Source of the DNA: an uncultured delta proteobacterium
GTDB taxonomy: Bacteria; Desulfobacterota; Binatia; UBA9968
NCBI GenBank assembly: GCA_963727625.1
Contig: CAVSHR010000002.1
Location: 757,575-821,574 of the forward strand
Direction of reading: 5' to 3'
DNA length: 64,000 bases
Both the position numbers and the translations under genes were made by a program. The notes below the pieces were generated by a model, which was not told the origin of the DNA, made no database searches, and worked only from the letters and a program-made list of their open reading frames with translations. This document shows, one piece after another, positions 20,558 to 30,587 of this stretch; position 1 is the stretch's first letter; the number at the start of each line of letters is the position of its first letter.

Positions 20558-21916
20558 CGTGAATACAAATTTCCTTCCGTCGTTCGATTTCGGATTGCGG
20601 ATTCATCGGGCGTGATGCATCGCCCCTATATGAAAACTGTCTTGCCCTTTGCGCCATGCACTCAGCACTTTGCGTCTTTTCCGCCGCCGGGACCGGCAGA
20701 GAAAAATAAAACGTTGCGCCCCGATCCAGTTCGCTCTCGGCCCAGGTGCGCCCGCCGTGGCGGCTGATAATGCGCCTGACGTTGGCTAGCCCTATGCCCG
20801 TGCCTTTGAAATCGGCGGCCCGGTGCAGCGGTTGAAACACGCCGAATAGTTTGTCGACGTAGCGCATGTCGAAACCGACGCCGTTGTCCCGGACAAACAC
20901 CGTGACCTCGCCCGGCTTGTCGTCCAGCGCGCCGATCTCGATCTTGGCCTGTGGCCGGGTGCGAGTGAATTTGAGCGCGTTGGAAATGAGGTTTGCCAGG
21001 ACCAGCCGTAGCATCGCCCGGTCTCCCTGGACCCCGGGCAGTGACTCGATGCGCCAGTCGATAATGGGGTTTGGGCCTCCCGGCTAAGCGCGCCGACGGC
21101 TTCGCGGACGAGATCGTTGAGATCGATGGTTTCGACACGCCGCTCGACGCGTCCTATGTGCGAAAATGCGAGCAGATCATCGATCAGCACGCTCATCTCT
21201 CGCGCCGAATCGAGAATTGTTTCGATGTGTCTCCGGCCCGTTTCGTCCAACTTGTCGACCGCGCTCTTTTTCAGCAGCTCGCCGAATCCCTGCATGTGCC
21301 TAAGCGGCGCTCGGAGATCGTGAGAGACCGAGTAGCTGAAGGACTCAAGCTCTTTGTTGGTGTCTTCGAGCTCAGCCGTTCGTGCCCGGATACGTTCCTC
21401 CAGATCGCTATTGAGGCGGCTGATCTCCGCCGCATCCCTGAGCTGTGCGCTGATGTCGGTGACCACCAGCGCGATCGCCTGCATCCCGTCGTCGGAGAAA
21501 AGGTTCGCGGAAAGGTGCACCCGCAGAATCTTGTTTTGCGCCGTCACCAGCGAGACGGCGGCTTGGGGGCGCGGGGCTCCGGTTTTCAGTTTTAGCAGTG
21601 TCTCGGTCATCTCTTGATCGGCGGGCGCAATGAATTTTTGGAAGGCGCAACCCAGGATATCGTTGAGTGGGCTTTCAACCATGTTGGCGAAATGACGATT
21701 GCAATAAAGAATCGTGCCGTCGGTTGCGAGCGTCAGCGCGCCTTCGGAGATCGTTTCGAACAAGATACGATAGAGCCGATCGACCGATTTCAGTGTGAAA
21801 ACTTTCGGGCCCTGCGGGTCGGCGACAACCAGCGCGTCCACTTCGCTGGCGTGGATGGCGCGCAGCTCGGCGTTTTCTTGAAGGAGCGCCGCTTTACCGT
21901 TCGATGGCTTTGACAT
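20520..21916 (-). pseudogene. PAS-HisKA-HATPase kinase (Cph1-type core), frameshifted near 21070
   Basis: EVDALVV/PAS N-terminus and FSYSVSHDLRAPLRH lie in one frame. [24 protein letters not shown] lies in another. Confidence 0.75.
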
Positions 21917-21918
21917 CG

Positions 21919-22290
21919 CTACTTTGAACACTCCTCGGCCGCCGCCCGCGGCTCCTCGGCCGTCCGCAAATCCATGCCGACGAGGATGCGCTCGGGGTTG
22001 CTCATATCGCCGATGATACGGCGCAGCGGCAGCGGCAGTTTCTTTACCAGCGTCGGAGCCGCGATGATCTGCTCGCCTTCGGGCAGGTTCGGATGCTGGC
22101 AAATATCAATCGCCTCCGGATCGTAACGGCCGTGGAGATGCTCCTCGCAGATTTTACGGATGTTCCGGATAGGCTGCGTCGAGCGCGGCGTCATGCCGGA
22201 GATGTAGAGGCGCAAGGCATAGCGCTGGGTCTGCCGTTTGGCGGCGGCCTTCTCGAGCGCGGCCTGGGTTTTCGATATTTTGGTTTTCAT
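21919..22290 (-). CDS. kaiB: Circadian clock KaiB family protein
   Basis: YALRLYISGMTPRS..NIRKICEEHLHGRY..IIAAPTLVKKLPLPLRRIIGDMS. Confidence 0.88.
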   Translation of the reverse strand: MKTKISKTQAALEKAAAKRQTQRYALRLYISGMTPRSTQPIRNIRKICEEHLHGRYDPEAIDICQHPNLPEGEQIIAAPTLVKKLPLPLRRIIGDMSNPERILVGMDLRTAEEPRAAAEECSK

Positions 22291-22316
22291 GGGCGTCATG
22301 ACTTTCCATCAGCCGT

Positions 22317-22871
22317 TCACGCCTGGCGCAGGTTGAGTCTGGCCAGCACAACGCGCTTGGCGCCGACGCTGTCAATCGCGCTGCCGAGGCGGATGAACAG
22401 ACCTTCCAGATCGTATTCGCCGGTTTCCTCGATCTCGCTCCGTTCGACGACGACGTGATCCACGATGACTTTCTCGCGGCGGATGAGCGAGTCCAGATCG
22501 AAGCCAAGCGAAGCGCCGTTGGCGTTGAGTTCTTTGCTGGTTTCCTCAAAGGCCATGAAGACGCCCGGCTCTTTGAACTCGCGCGCGCCGCGTATGATGA
22601 ATTCCATGGCGAGCAGCGTCTTGCCGGAGCCGGCCGCACCGCAGATGAGCGTGGGCCGAGCCTTGGGCAGGCCGCCGCCGGTGATTTCATCCAGGCCGCG
22701 AATGCCGGTGGCACACTTCGGCAGGTTATAAGCGGGTCGATTCCCGTTAGGGAATTTCTTTCTGCCTCCGGGCCGAGGTATCGACCCGCCGCGGCTCAAT
22801 GCTGAAACATGGGCGGCCGGTTTGATCCGATAGCTTGTCGTCCGAAACTTGCCGGCAGACTTTTGCTTCAT
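22317..22871 (-). pseudogene. kaiC: Truncated KaiC (first ~130 aa of the CI domain only)
   Basis: TGIRGLDEITGGGLP, Walker A GAAGSGKT, FEE, GEYDLEGLFIRL..GAKRVVL, then the ORF ends before Walker B. Confidence 0.85.
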
Positions 22872-23017
22872 TAGCTAGGTTCTCTTTCGAGGCTGAGAAG
22901 ACGCACGGTTTTGCTCGGCCAGTCCGATGAAGATCAATTGCGGTTCCTTGGCGCTGCTCAGCCTATCCGCTGGTTTTTAACCAATAGGCGGCTGTTGCTC
23001 GTTGCGAGCTTTTGTGT

Positions 23018-23033
23018 CGCAAAGTTCAAGCCG
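23018..23033 (-). promoter_or_regulatory. Possible sigma54 -24/-12 promoter upstream of kaiC
   Basis: Minus strand CGGCTTGAACTTTGCG has GG-N10-GC spacing. Weak match to TGGCAC-N5-TTGC. Confidence 0.25.
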
Positions 23034-23611
23034 GTTATTCCCGAAATGACAGGAATTCCTTCGATGTCCCTTGCGCGTCAAATTTTTATCTCAATTTTGC
23101 AACCAAACCGTGGTGCGCTCTGTCAACCGTACAATGAGTCTCCGCGTTGTTTGATGAATCTCTTGTTCTTTGGTGATTCACGATTGCCTTAGAATCTTTT
23201 CGTTACGGTTCGTTTGAGCTGGTATGGTTGCGGGAAATCATCCGCCGGCTCAACATTTCGCTCCAGTGAAGCTAGCAAGGGATCGACGCCATAAACATGG
23301 AGCCTTGCGCGTGCGACGAAAACAACGATCACCGAATCCCTTATTGGGGCTCGCGACGGGATGGTGACAAGATCTTATATGCAGAGAGAAGAACTCACTC
23401 TCGCGCTGCCGGCCAAACATCCCCACGGTGAGCCGCTTTGACGCGCTAGGTTTGACCGTGGGTACGACCAATTCATGGCGCAGCGTTGCCGGCGATGTCG
23501 CTGTCACATAACCCCGCTTCTGTCACCGCAATGATGGCGGAAACTCGATTCTGTAGCCGTGAATCAAAGAGCGCTATCGGGTGAATACCTTAGAGGGTGG
23601 GGGGAAATTAC

Positions 23612-23780
23612 CTGAGAGCCAAGTGCAGTCCAACACCCGGACGCGGCGGGGTGTCTAGGGAAAAGGCTTCTCTAGGTCCTTGCCTATCCTGAAACATTCA
23701 TCCCGAGTTGGCACAGACCGCTAAAACTAGGTGTCTGAGGCGCACGACTACTCCAGGCACTTGGGTTGATCCAAGGACTC
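23612..23780. other. Structured intergenic element (candidate ncRNA or group II intron remnant)
   Basis: Nested complementary segments: CCAAGTGC/GCACTTGG, ACACCC/GGGTGT, CTAGGGAA/TTCTCTAG, CAGAC/GTCTG. Confidence 0.35.
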
Positions 23781-23869
23781 TTACAAATGCTTGGGTTGCG
23801 TGATCTCGCGGGGCGTCCCGCCGAGGCGTCGGATGCGCGTTTTTTGCAGAGCAAAAAACGCCGATCGCC

Positions 23870-24352
23870 TCAGTGACCGGCGGCTTGTAGCCCGCTCGCC
23901 GCCGCGACGATCTCGCCGACGCTCTTGTCGAGATCGAGCGGCCGGTTGATGCGCTTTTCGTCGCGCTCGGCCACCAGCGCGTAAATTTCCAAGCGGTTGC
24001 CTTCGGGATCGAGAAAGTAGCAGGAGACGGTGTTGCCCATCTCTTCATAAGCGTGGCTCACGCAGTGATCGATGGGCACGCCCTTCGCCTTGAAGCGATC
24101 GTAAAATTCTTTCACTTCCGCCGGTGTGTCGACGCGCCAGGCGATATGGGCGATGATCTTGGCGTCGCCTTCGCGTCCTTTCGCGAGCGCGAGCTCATGG
24201 TCTTCGGCATCGGGATCAGCGGTGAGAAACACCATGCGTCCGGCGTGCTCACGATATTTGACCAGCCCGAGAACGTCCCGATAAAACCCGACCATTTTGT
24301 CCAGATCGTTGACGTAAAGCACCACATGGCTGAGACCTCTAATGGTTGGCAT
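23870..24352 (-). CDS. VOC (glyoxalase/extradiol dioxygenase-like) family protein
   Basis: LSHVVLYVNDL..FYRDVLGL, HIAWRV, YFLDPEGNRLEI. Confidence 0.88.
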   Translation of the reverse strand: MPTIRGLSHVVLYVNDLDKMVGFYRDVLGLVKYREHAGRMVFLTADPDAEDHELALAKGREGDAKIIAHIAWRVDTPAEVKEFYDRFKAKGVPIDHCVSHAYEEMGNTVSCYFLDPEGNRLEIYALVAERDEKRINRPLDLDKSVGEIVAAASGLQAAGH

Positions 24353-24753
24353 GGCAACCCCTCCTTATTTTGAAAGCCAATCGCGAATCCGGCGACCGAG
24401 CGGACCGCAATCAAAATCACCCCTATGAACCGAAACTATCCGATTCCTTTGTCCGCTGTCAACGAAAGATCCTTTGGAAAATTCCTCGGCGGATCGCCGC
24501 CATTTCGCTTCCAACACAGGTCGTGATAAAGCGCTGAGACCGCACCGGTTTTTGCTTGCCTCCCTCTTGCTCGGCGGTCAACGAATGTATCACCGATATT
24601 CAGTTCGACATATCTTAGACCAACTCTCGACAAGACCCGCAGGTATTGTGCTATAGAAAAGAGGGTTGCTTCTTGCAGTGACAACCCAACCGCCCTACGG
24701 CTAACCGGTAAAATATTTCAGACGAGAGAAAGGAAAGGAAAGGTAAGGTAAGA

Positions 24754-25752
24754 ATGATCAGGCGAGTCTCTATTTGTTCGATGGTCGCGTTGGCGCTTTG
24801 CGTTGCGTCGACCTTATTCGCTCAGGATAAAAAACTGGAATTTCTTCGTGTCGGCGGCGGTTCGGCGTCGGCCACACAGATGTCGCTCTGGCTGGCCAAA
24901 GAGGGCGGCTATTACGAAAGGAACGGCTTGAATGTGGAAGTGATCAGCATCCCGGGCAGCTCGCTGGCGATCCAGGCGATGTTGTCCGGCGAGGTGCCGA
25001 TCATTCAGGCCGGGGGTGCAGGGCCGATCCAAGCGGCGCTGTCGGGCACGGACACCGTCATCATTGCGACCATCGCAAAGAAATTTAACTGGTGGATCTT
25101 CGGCCAACCGAGCATCGCCCGCATGGAAGATCTGAAAGGCAAGGTGTTCGGGGTCACGCGCTTCGGCACCCAGTCCGATCTGGCCTCGCGTATCGCGATT
25201 CGCCGCTCCGGCCTGGAACCGGACCGCGACGTGATCATGGTCCAAACCGGCGGCCCGGCCGAGACGGTTGCGGCAATGGCGGCCGGCAAGGTGCACGCGG
25301 CGGCGATTACGCCCCCGGCCACGCTACTGGCGAAAAGATTGAAGCTCAAAGAGCTCATGGACCTTTCTCATCTCGATGTCGAGTATCATGTCAACGGCGT
25401 GGTCACGACCCGCCGTTTTATCAAGTCCAACGAAGACACCGTGCGGCGTTTTCTTCGTGCTTACATCGAGGGCGCGGTGCGCGGCATGAAGGACAAGCCG
25501 TTCGCGATGAAGACCATGGGAAAGTATTTTCGCACCAGCGATAGAGAGGTGCTCGATGAAACCTATGAGTTGATCATCAAAAACGGATTCACGGTGCCGC
25601 CTTATCCGGCGGGAATTGCGGACTTGCTGCAGGATCTCGAGCGGACGGTGCCGAAAGCCAAGAGTGCCAAGCCGGAGGATTTCATGGATAGTCACTTCGT
25701 GCGCGAGCTCGATCGGAGCGGATTTATAAAATCGGTGTTGGCGGGCCGTTGA
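24754..25752 (+). CDS. ABC substrate-binding protein, NMT1/SsuA-like
   Basis: Signal peptide, LWLAKEGGYYERNGLNVEVI, DLKGKVFGVTRFG. Confidence 0.88.
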   Translation: MIRRVSICSMVALALCVASTLFAQDKKLEFLRVGGGSASATQMSLWLAKEGGYYERNGLNVEVISIPGSSLAIQAMLSGEVPIIQAGGAGPIQAALSGTDTVIIATIAKKFNWWIFGQPSIARMEDLKGKVFGVTRFGTQSDLASRIAIRRSGLEPDRDVIMVQTGGPAETVAAMAAGKVHAAAITPPATLLAKRLKLKELMDLSHLDVEYHVNGVVTTRRFIKSNEDTVRRFLRAYIEGAVRGMKDKPFAMKTMGKYFRTSDREVLDETYELIIKNGFTVPPYPAGIADLLQDLERTVPKAKSAKPEDFMDSHFVRELDRSGFIKSVLAGR

Positions 25753-25819
25753 GCGAAGTCTCGAGCTCGCGCTTGCTCGGTGGCGTCGATAACGAGATTC
25801 GATTCCGAGGATTCAATCT

Positions 25820-26713
25820 ATGAAGGAATCGTCAGAGGATCGCTTTCGCATAACCTTGCTCGGCACCGGCGCCCCGCCGCCGGCTTTGGACCGCTTCGGG
25901 CCGAGCACGCTGGTCGAAGTCGGCGATCAAAAATTCATTTTCGACGCCGGCCGCGGCGCCATGCAGCGGCTCTGCCAGCTCGGCATTCCGTTCGGCGACA
26001 TCACAGGAATCTTTTTGACCCATCACCATTCCGATCACGTGGTCGGCTTTCCCGACCTCTGGCTAACGGGGTGGATCGGGCGGCCGTGGGGTAAAAGAAC
26101 AACGCCGCTTCAGGTATGGGGCCCCGTAGGGACCAAGCAAATGATGGATCACTTGCCGCAGGCGTTCGCTGTCGACATCCGTGTGCGGCAGAGAAACTAT
26201 CCTCCGGACGGAGTGAAATTAGTTCCATGCGAAATCCGCGGAGGAATTGTTTTTGAAACGGGTGGAATCAAAATTAGCGCCTTCGAAGTCGATCATGGCG
26301 GCGAGGAGCTTTCCGCCTTCGGCTACCGCATCGATTATGACGGGCGCGCGGCGGTGCTGTCGGGCGACACGACGTTCAATGAGAACCTGATTCGCCATTC
26401 CCGGGGTGCCGACCTGCTGGTGCACGAAGTTACGGCGGCGGCCGGCGCCGCGGCGGAAAGCGCGCAGCAGCTCAAGCGCATCGCCGCCAATCACACCACG
26501 CCGGAACAAGCCGGCGAGATTTTCTCGCGGGTCAAGCCGAAGCTGGCGGTCTACAATCACCTCTTGTTGTTCGGCGGTGCGACCGCTGAGGACTTGATCC
26601 CCGCCACCAGACGGAAATACGACGGTCCGTTAAGAGTCGGAGAAGATTTATTGCGGATCGAAATCGGGCAAGAAGTTGTTGCGACGCCATTCAAGAATCC
26701 GATAGAACGTTAG
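25820..26713 (+). CDS. MBL-fold metallo-hydrolase (RNase Z/AtsA-like)
   Basis: TLLGTG, FDAGRG, THHHSDH, SGDT, LLVHE, NHTTPEQAG. Confidence 0.88.
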   Translation: MKESSEDRFRITLLGTGAPPPALDRFGPSTLVEVGDQKFIFDAGRGAMQRLCQLGIPFGDITGIFLTHHHSDHVVGFPDLWLTGWIGRPWGKRTTPLQVWGPVGTKQMMDHLPQAFAVDIRVRQRNYPPDGVKLVPCEIRGGIVFETGGIKISAFEVDHGGEELSAFGYRIDYDGRAAVLSGDTTFNENLIRHSRGADLLVHEVTAAAGAAAESAQQLKRIAANHTTPEQAGEIFSRVKPKLAVYNHLLLFGGATAEDLIPATRRKYDGPLRVGEDLLRIEIGQEVVATPFKNPIER

Positions 26714-26760
26714 GACGCTCAACCAGAAACCATCTTCGTCGAGATAGGTAAGGAATTTAG

Positions 26761-27765
26761 ATGATGCTGATCAAATCTCTCGTTACTTTTTTTGTCGGTT
26801 GCACATGGCTATTTGTAAGCGCGGTCGGGTTTGCCGCCGCCCCGCTCGATTCGGTTACGGTTGCTTATTCCTCTTTCTCCGGGGCTTACGCGCCCATCTG
26901 GATCGCCCTCGAAGAGCGTCTGGGGAGAAGACACGGGATCGATTTGAAAGTGATCTACGCCGGCAGAATACGGCCGCAGCAGCTGCTCGCCAGCGGCGAA
27001 GTGCCCTATGTCGTTGCCACGGGCACCGGTGCGCTGACCTCGCATATTCTCGGCGTCAAAGACCAAGAGATCATCCTAACGCTTATCAACAAAGTGAATT
27101 CCGCGATTTTCACGCGCAGCGACATTAAGACTGCGGAGGATTTGCGCGGCAAGACGATCGCGACGGGTCGGCCCGGCGCATTTGGCGACATGATGGTTCG
27201 CTATGTGCTCCGTGCCAAGCTTGGCCTCGTGCCGGACCGCGACGTCAAGCTGCTCGCCATCGGCGAAGCCCAGTTGGCTTTACCGGCGCTCGAGCGCGGC
27301 ATCGTACAGGCGGCGTCGCTGACGTTACCGGCGACTTTGATCGCAAAGCAGATGGGCTACCGCGAACTGGTCAACTACGACAACGTCGGCGTGATCTATC
27401 CGTACAATACTGTCACGACGCTCAGGCAGACGCCGGGAAAAAACCCTGAATTGGCGGAGAAATTCCTGAAGACGATGATCGAGGCAATCCACGTGATGAA
27501 AACCGATAAGGCCAAGAGTCTCGCCGTTATGAAGAAATATATGCGCGGCGCCAGCGACGATATATTGGAGGAAACTTATCAATACACCGCCGCCAACGTC
27601 GAAGAAGTGCCGACGCCGCGGTTGGATGTCATCAAGGCGGCTCTCGATATTTTGTCCTACCAGTACCCGCAAGCGAAGGGGGTCGATCCGAACGCGATCA
27701 TCGATACATCCTATATGAAGCGTATCGAACAGAGCGGGTTTATCAAAGCGCTTTATAAGAAATGA
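26761..27765 (+). CDS. ABC substrate-binding protein, NMT1/SsuA-like
   Basis: Signal peptide, YAPIWIA, EDLRGKTIA, GLVPDRDVKL. Confidence 0.87.
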   Translation: MMLIKSLVTFFVGCTWLFVSAVGFAAAPLDSVTVAYSSFSGAYAPIWIALEERLGRRHGIDLKVIYAGRIRPQQLLASGEVPYVVATGTGALTSHILGVKDQEIILTLINKVNSAIFTRSDIKTAEDLRGKTIATGRPGAFGDMMVRYVLRAKLGLVPDRDVKLLAIGEAQLALPALERGIVQAASLTLPATLIAKQMGYRELVNYDNVGVIYPYNTVTTLRQTPGKNPELAEKFLKTMIEAIHVMKTDKAKSLAVMKKYMRGASDDILEETYQYTAANVEEVPTPRLDVIKAALDILSYQYPQAKGVDPNAIIDTSYMKRIEQSGFIKALYKK

Positions 27766-28074
27766 GAGCTCTTTACAGAAAGCTAAAACTCGTGCAAAGG
27801 ACAATTTCAAATTCCCACGGGAAGACCTGCGTGTGACTCCAGCCTCGACGATCTGAAAGTCGAGTTTCAAAAGTCAGATCGCGGCGATGATTCCCACGCT
27901 CTTGCAGCAAATGTCTGCGAGGCTCGTTTCTCTACCGGAGTTGTCCTTCTGAGACCATCGAAAAGGAATTTGTACGATTCGTTCAGGCTCACAAGGAATG
28001 ATCTCCCCTTGAGTTGAAAAGAACAAGGCTCGATGCCAGGGCCGGTGTCATTCCGCTACACGCTCGAATAAAAG

Positions 28075-29361
28075 ATGTGCAAAACCCCTTTGTGTCCAAC
28101 CGTGCCGCGCTGGGTAGAACGAATGAAGCCGGGTTGTTGGTATCAAATCTCCGGTCATCATCCTGACCTCGATTTATCACCTACGCCTGCGGGCACGCGG
28201 TATCTTGTGGACAACGATCCCGCTGGTGACGTCAAGATCAATCCTGCCAAAGGAGCCAAGGAGAGATTGCGCCGATGGTTGGGCCGGCGCCCTCATGCGC
28301 CCTGGGAAGGACGCTGCGGGTTTCCCTCGATCACCGAAGGCTGGAACGGTGCGGTGTTCGCGTCGCGTTTGGGAGTTAGTGGCTCGATGATCATCTTCGG
28401 CGGCGGCCATAACGACTACTTCGGCTCCGACATTCATGCATTCGACCTCAGCACAAGGCAGTGGTCGCGAATTTCGGATGGCTATGTTTCTGGAGGAGTT
28501 GACGCCTATGGCGCGGGCTCGGTCTATCCCGACTCGGTCTATCCCGACGGTTCGCCCTTACCGCCGCATACTTACGGTTATGTGCAATATGATCCGGCGG
28601 GGAATGATTACTTGCTGCTCAAGGGGCAGTTGGAACTAGGACCGGACGTCAAAGCTGCGCCGATATCGCATATGTTTAATCTGGATTCGTTGACATGGCG
28701 CAGAGGCCCTAAACATCCGTCGGCGATTCTTAATTCCGGCGGCTGGACAACGTGGGATGCATCGCGTCGGATTCTCTGGGGCCACTCCGGCGAGAACGGC
28801 AACGGGTTTATCGGTTTCACTCCCGATGGCGATAACGGCGATGGCACTTTCGGATCTTGGACGACGCTTTATCCAAAGAAAATTCAATCGGCCGATCACA
28901 ATACGATGGCGATCGATCCAGTGCGCGATTGTATCGTCGTGGTGGTCAACGCCGCAAATGCGCTTTATGCGCTCGACCCGAGCGCGCCGGAGGGAGAAAT
29001 GGTGCGGCTTTCGAGTTCGGGCGATCAGCCAATCCTTGCAGAGTGTGCCGCGCTCGAATACGCGCCAACTCTGCATCGATTCGTTTATTACTCCGCGAAA
29101 AGTGGGCCGCGGCTTTATTCGATCACCGGGCCCAATGGATCTTCGCGGGGGCAGCGGAATGACGGCGCGTGGAAATGGAGAAATATTCTAGATGGAGACA
29201 ACCGCCTCGACCCGATTGCGCATGCGGCAAGCCATACAAAGTACAATCTTAACAGAGATCACACCTTCGGGCGCTTTCGCATCGCTACCTATGGGACATT
29301 CGAGTTGGCGGTTCTGGTTCGACACGTAGATACGCCTGTTTACGCGATGATGCTCAGCTAG
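28075..29361 (+). CDS. Hypothetical protein, probable Kelch-like beta-propeller
   Basis: 428 aa ORF with IIFGGGHNDYFGSDIHAFDL..W, PHTY, and repeated YDP/W strands. Confidence 0.65.
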   Translation: MCKTPLCPTVPRWVERMKPGCWYQISGHHPDLDLSPTPAGTRYLVDNDPAGDVKINPAKGAKERLRRWLGRRPHAPWEGRCGFPSITEGWNGAVFASRLGVSGSMIIFGGGHNDYFGSDIHAFDLSTRQWSRISDGYVSGGVDAYGAGSVYPDSVYPDGSPLPPHTYGYVQYDPAGNDYLLLKGQLELGPDVKAAPISHMFNLDSLTWRRGPKHPSAILNSGGWTTWDASRRILWGHSGENGNGFIGFTPDGDNGDGTFGSWTTLYPKKIQSADHNTMAIDPVRDCIVVVVNAANALYALDPSAPEGEMVRLSSSGDQPILAECAALEYAPTLHRFVYYSAKSGPRLYSITGPNGSSRGQRNDGAWKWRNILDGDNRLDPIAHAASHTKYNLNRDHTFGRFRIATYGTFELAVLVRHVDTPVYAMMLS

Positions 29362-29626
29362 CCCGGCAAAATTGGGGCGGCGAGCAAGTCCGGGGGTCAT
29401 TTTAACCGAGCCTCGCATCAATGGTTTCATCGCGCCAAGCGAGTATTTTTGACGTGGATGCCGTCTTCTTTGACGTGGCGAGCGTCAACTGTTTTGCGGC
29501 GCGCTGCACGCTGATCGTGAACTGCACGCGACACCTGGCGTGCTTCCCAAGGTAGAGTTTGAGAGCTAAGATTTCCGGAGCCATTGCGAGCGTGCCCACT
29601 CGGTCAAATGGATCAAAGGAGGGATT

Positions 29627-29992
29627 ATGTCGATCACGCTAAATCATACGATTGTGCCGGCGAAGGATAAAGACAGCGCGGCGAGATTCTTCGCAAAGAT
29701 TTTCGGTCTCAATTACGAGGGGCCGACGGGTCATTTCGCTCCGGTGCGCGTCAACGCGGAGTTAACGCTGGACTTCGATGACGCCGGGTCCTTTGAGCAC
29801 CACCACTATGCGTTTCACGTCAGTGACGATGAGTTCGACGCGATCTTCAAGCGCGTACAGGAGGCCGGTATTCCGTGGGGCAGTGATCCCAGAAACACCA
29901 CCAACAGCCAATTAAACACCCGAAAGGGCGGGCGCGGCGTCTATTTTCGCGACCCTGACGGTCACATGCTCGAGCTGCTCACACGCGCATGA
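29627..29992 (+). CDS. VOC family protein
   Basis: LNHTIVPAKDK, HYAFHVSDDEFD, GGRGVYFRDPDGHMLELLT. Confidence 0.9.
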   Translation: MSITLNHTIVPAKDKDSAARFFAKIFGLNYEGPTGHFAPVRVNAELTLDFDDAGSFEHHHYAFHVSDDEFDAIFKRVQEAGIPWGSDPRNTTNSQLNTRKGGRGVYFRDPDGHMLELLTRA

Positions 29993-30203
29993 CCGAGCGG
30001 TTTGATCAACTTTGAAGAGATCGATCCGACCGCACTCGAGCGGCTAGCTCTTGGGCGAACATACGAAGCACTGGACGCCGCAATCCGCCATGCTCGCGCT
30101 GTTTGCGTCGCCCTGCGGAACCGACTCTTCTCTTCGGATAGAAAAGTTTTCGGATATCTGAAATAGTGCGCTGATGAGCAATAGGATCACCGATATCGGG
30201 AAG

Positions 30204-30518
30204 ATGAGAAGCCGTGTCGACGCGGCAAATCCCAAAGGCGTTTTCGATGGCAGAAAGCTCGCGAAGTTGGGAACTGAAAAGAACCCGGCCATCGTCACGG
30301 TACAAACCGACAAGAGACTCAAAGAAGTAACATCTCTATTCGAAGCGAAGGGTTGGAAATACCGGATTGAGGTAGATCCGGACAAACTCGAGGATATCAC
30401 CGATCTGACGCGATTACTGAATCCGCCGAAACCCAAGATCGCCGAACAAAAAGTCGGGCGCAACGCGCCTTGTCCATGCGGCAGCGGGAAGAAATACAAA
30501 AACTGCTGCGGCCAGTAA
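30204..30518 (+). CDS. PBPRA1643-family SWIM/SEC-C metal-binding motif protein
   Basis: [41 protein letters not shown]. Start uncertain. Confidence 0.82.
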   Translation: MRSRVDAANPKGVFDGRKLAKLGTEKNPAIVTVQTDKRLKEVTSLFEAKGWKYRIEVDPDKLEDITDLTRLLNPPKPKIAEQKVGRNAPCPCGSGKKYKNCCGQ

Positions 30519-30587
30519 TGGACGCACGAGCGATCTAAGCTATGAATGCGCCGATTAATTCAGATTAATTCAGAGAGGGAGAATACG

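Noticed and set aside
23600-23625. Glycine riboswitch (CTCTCAGG on the minus strand)
   Set aside because: The GGAGA and CCGAAG elements are absent and no glycine-related gene follows.
30553-30574. GATTAATTCA tandem repeat as an operator or array
   Set aside because: Only two units, so there is not enough evidence.
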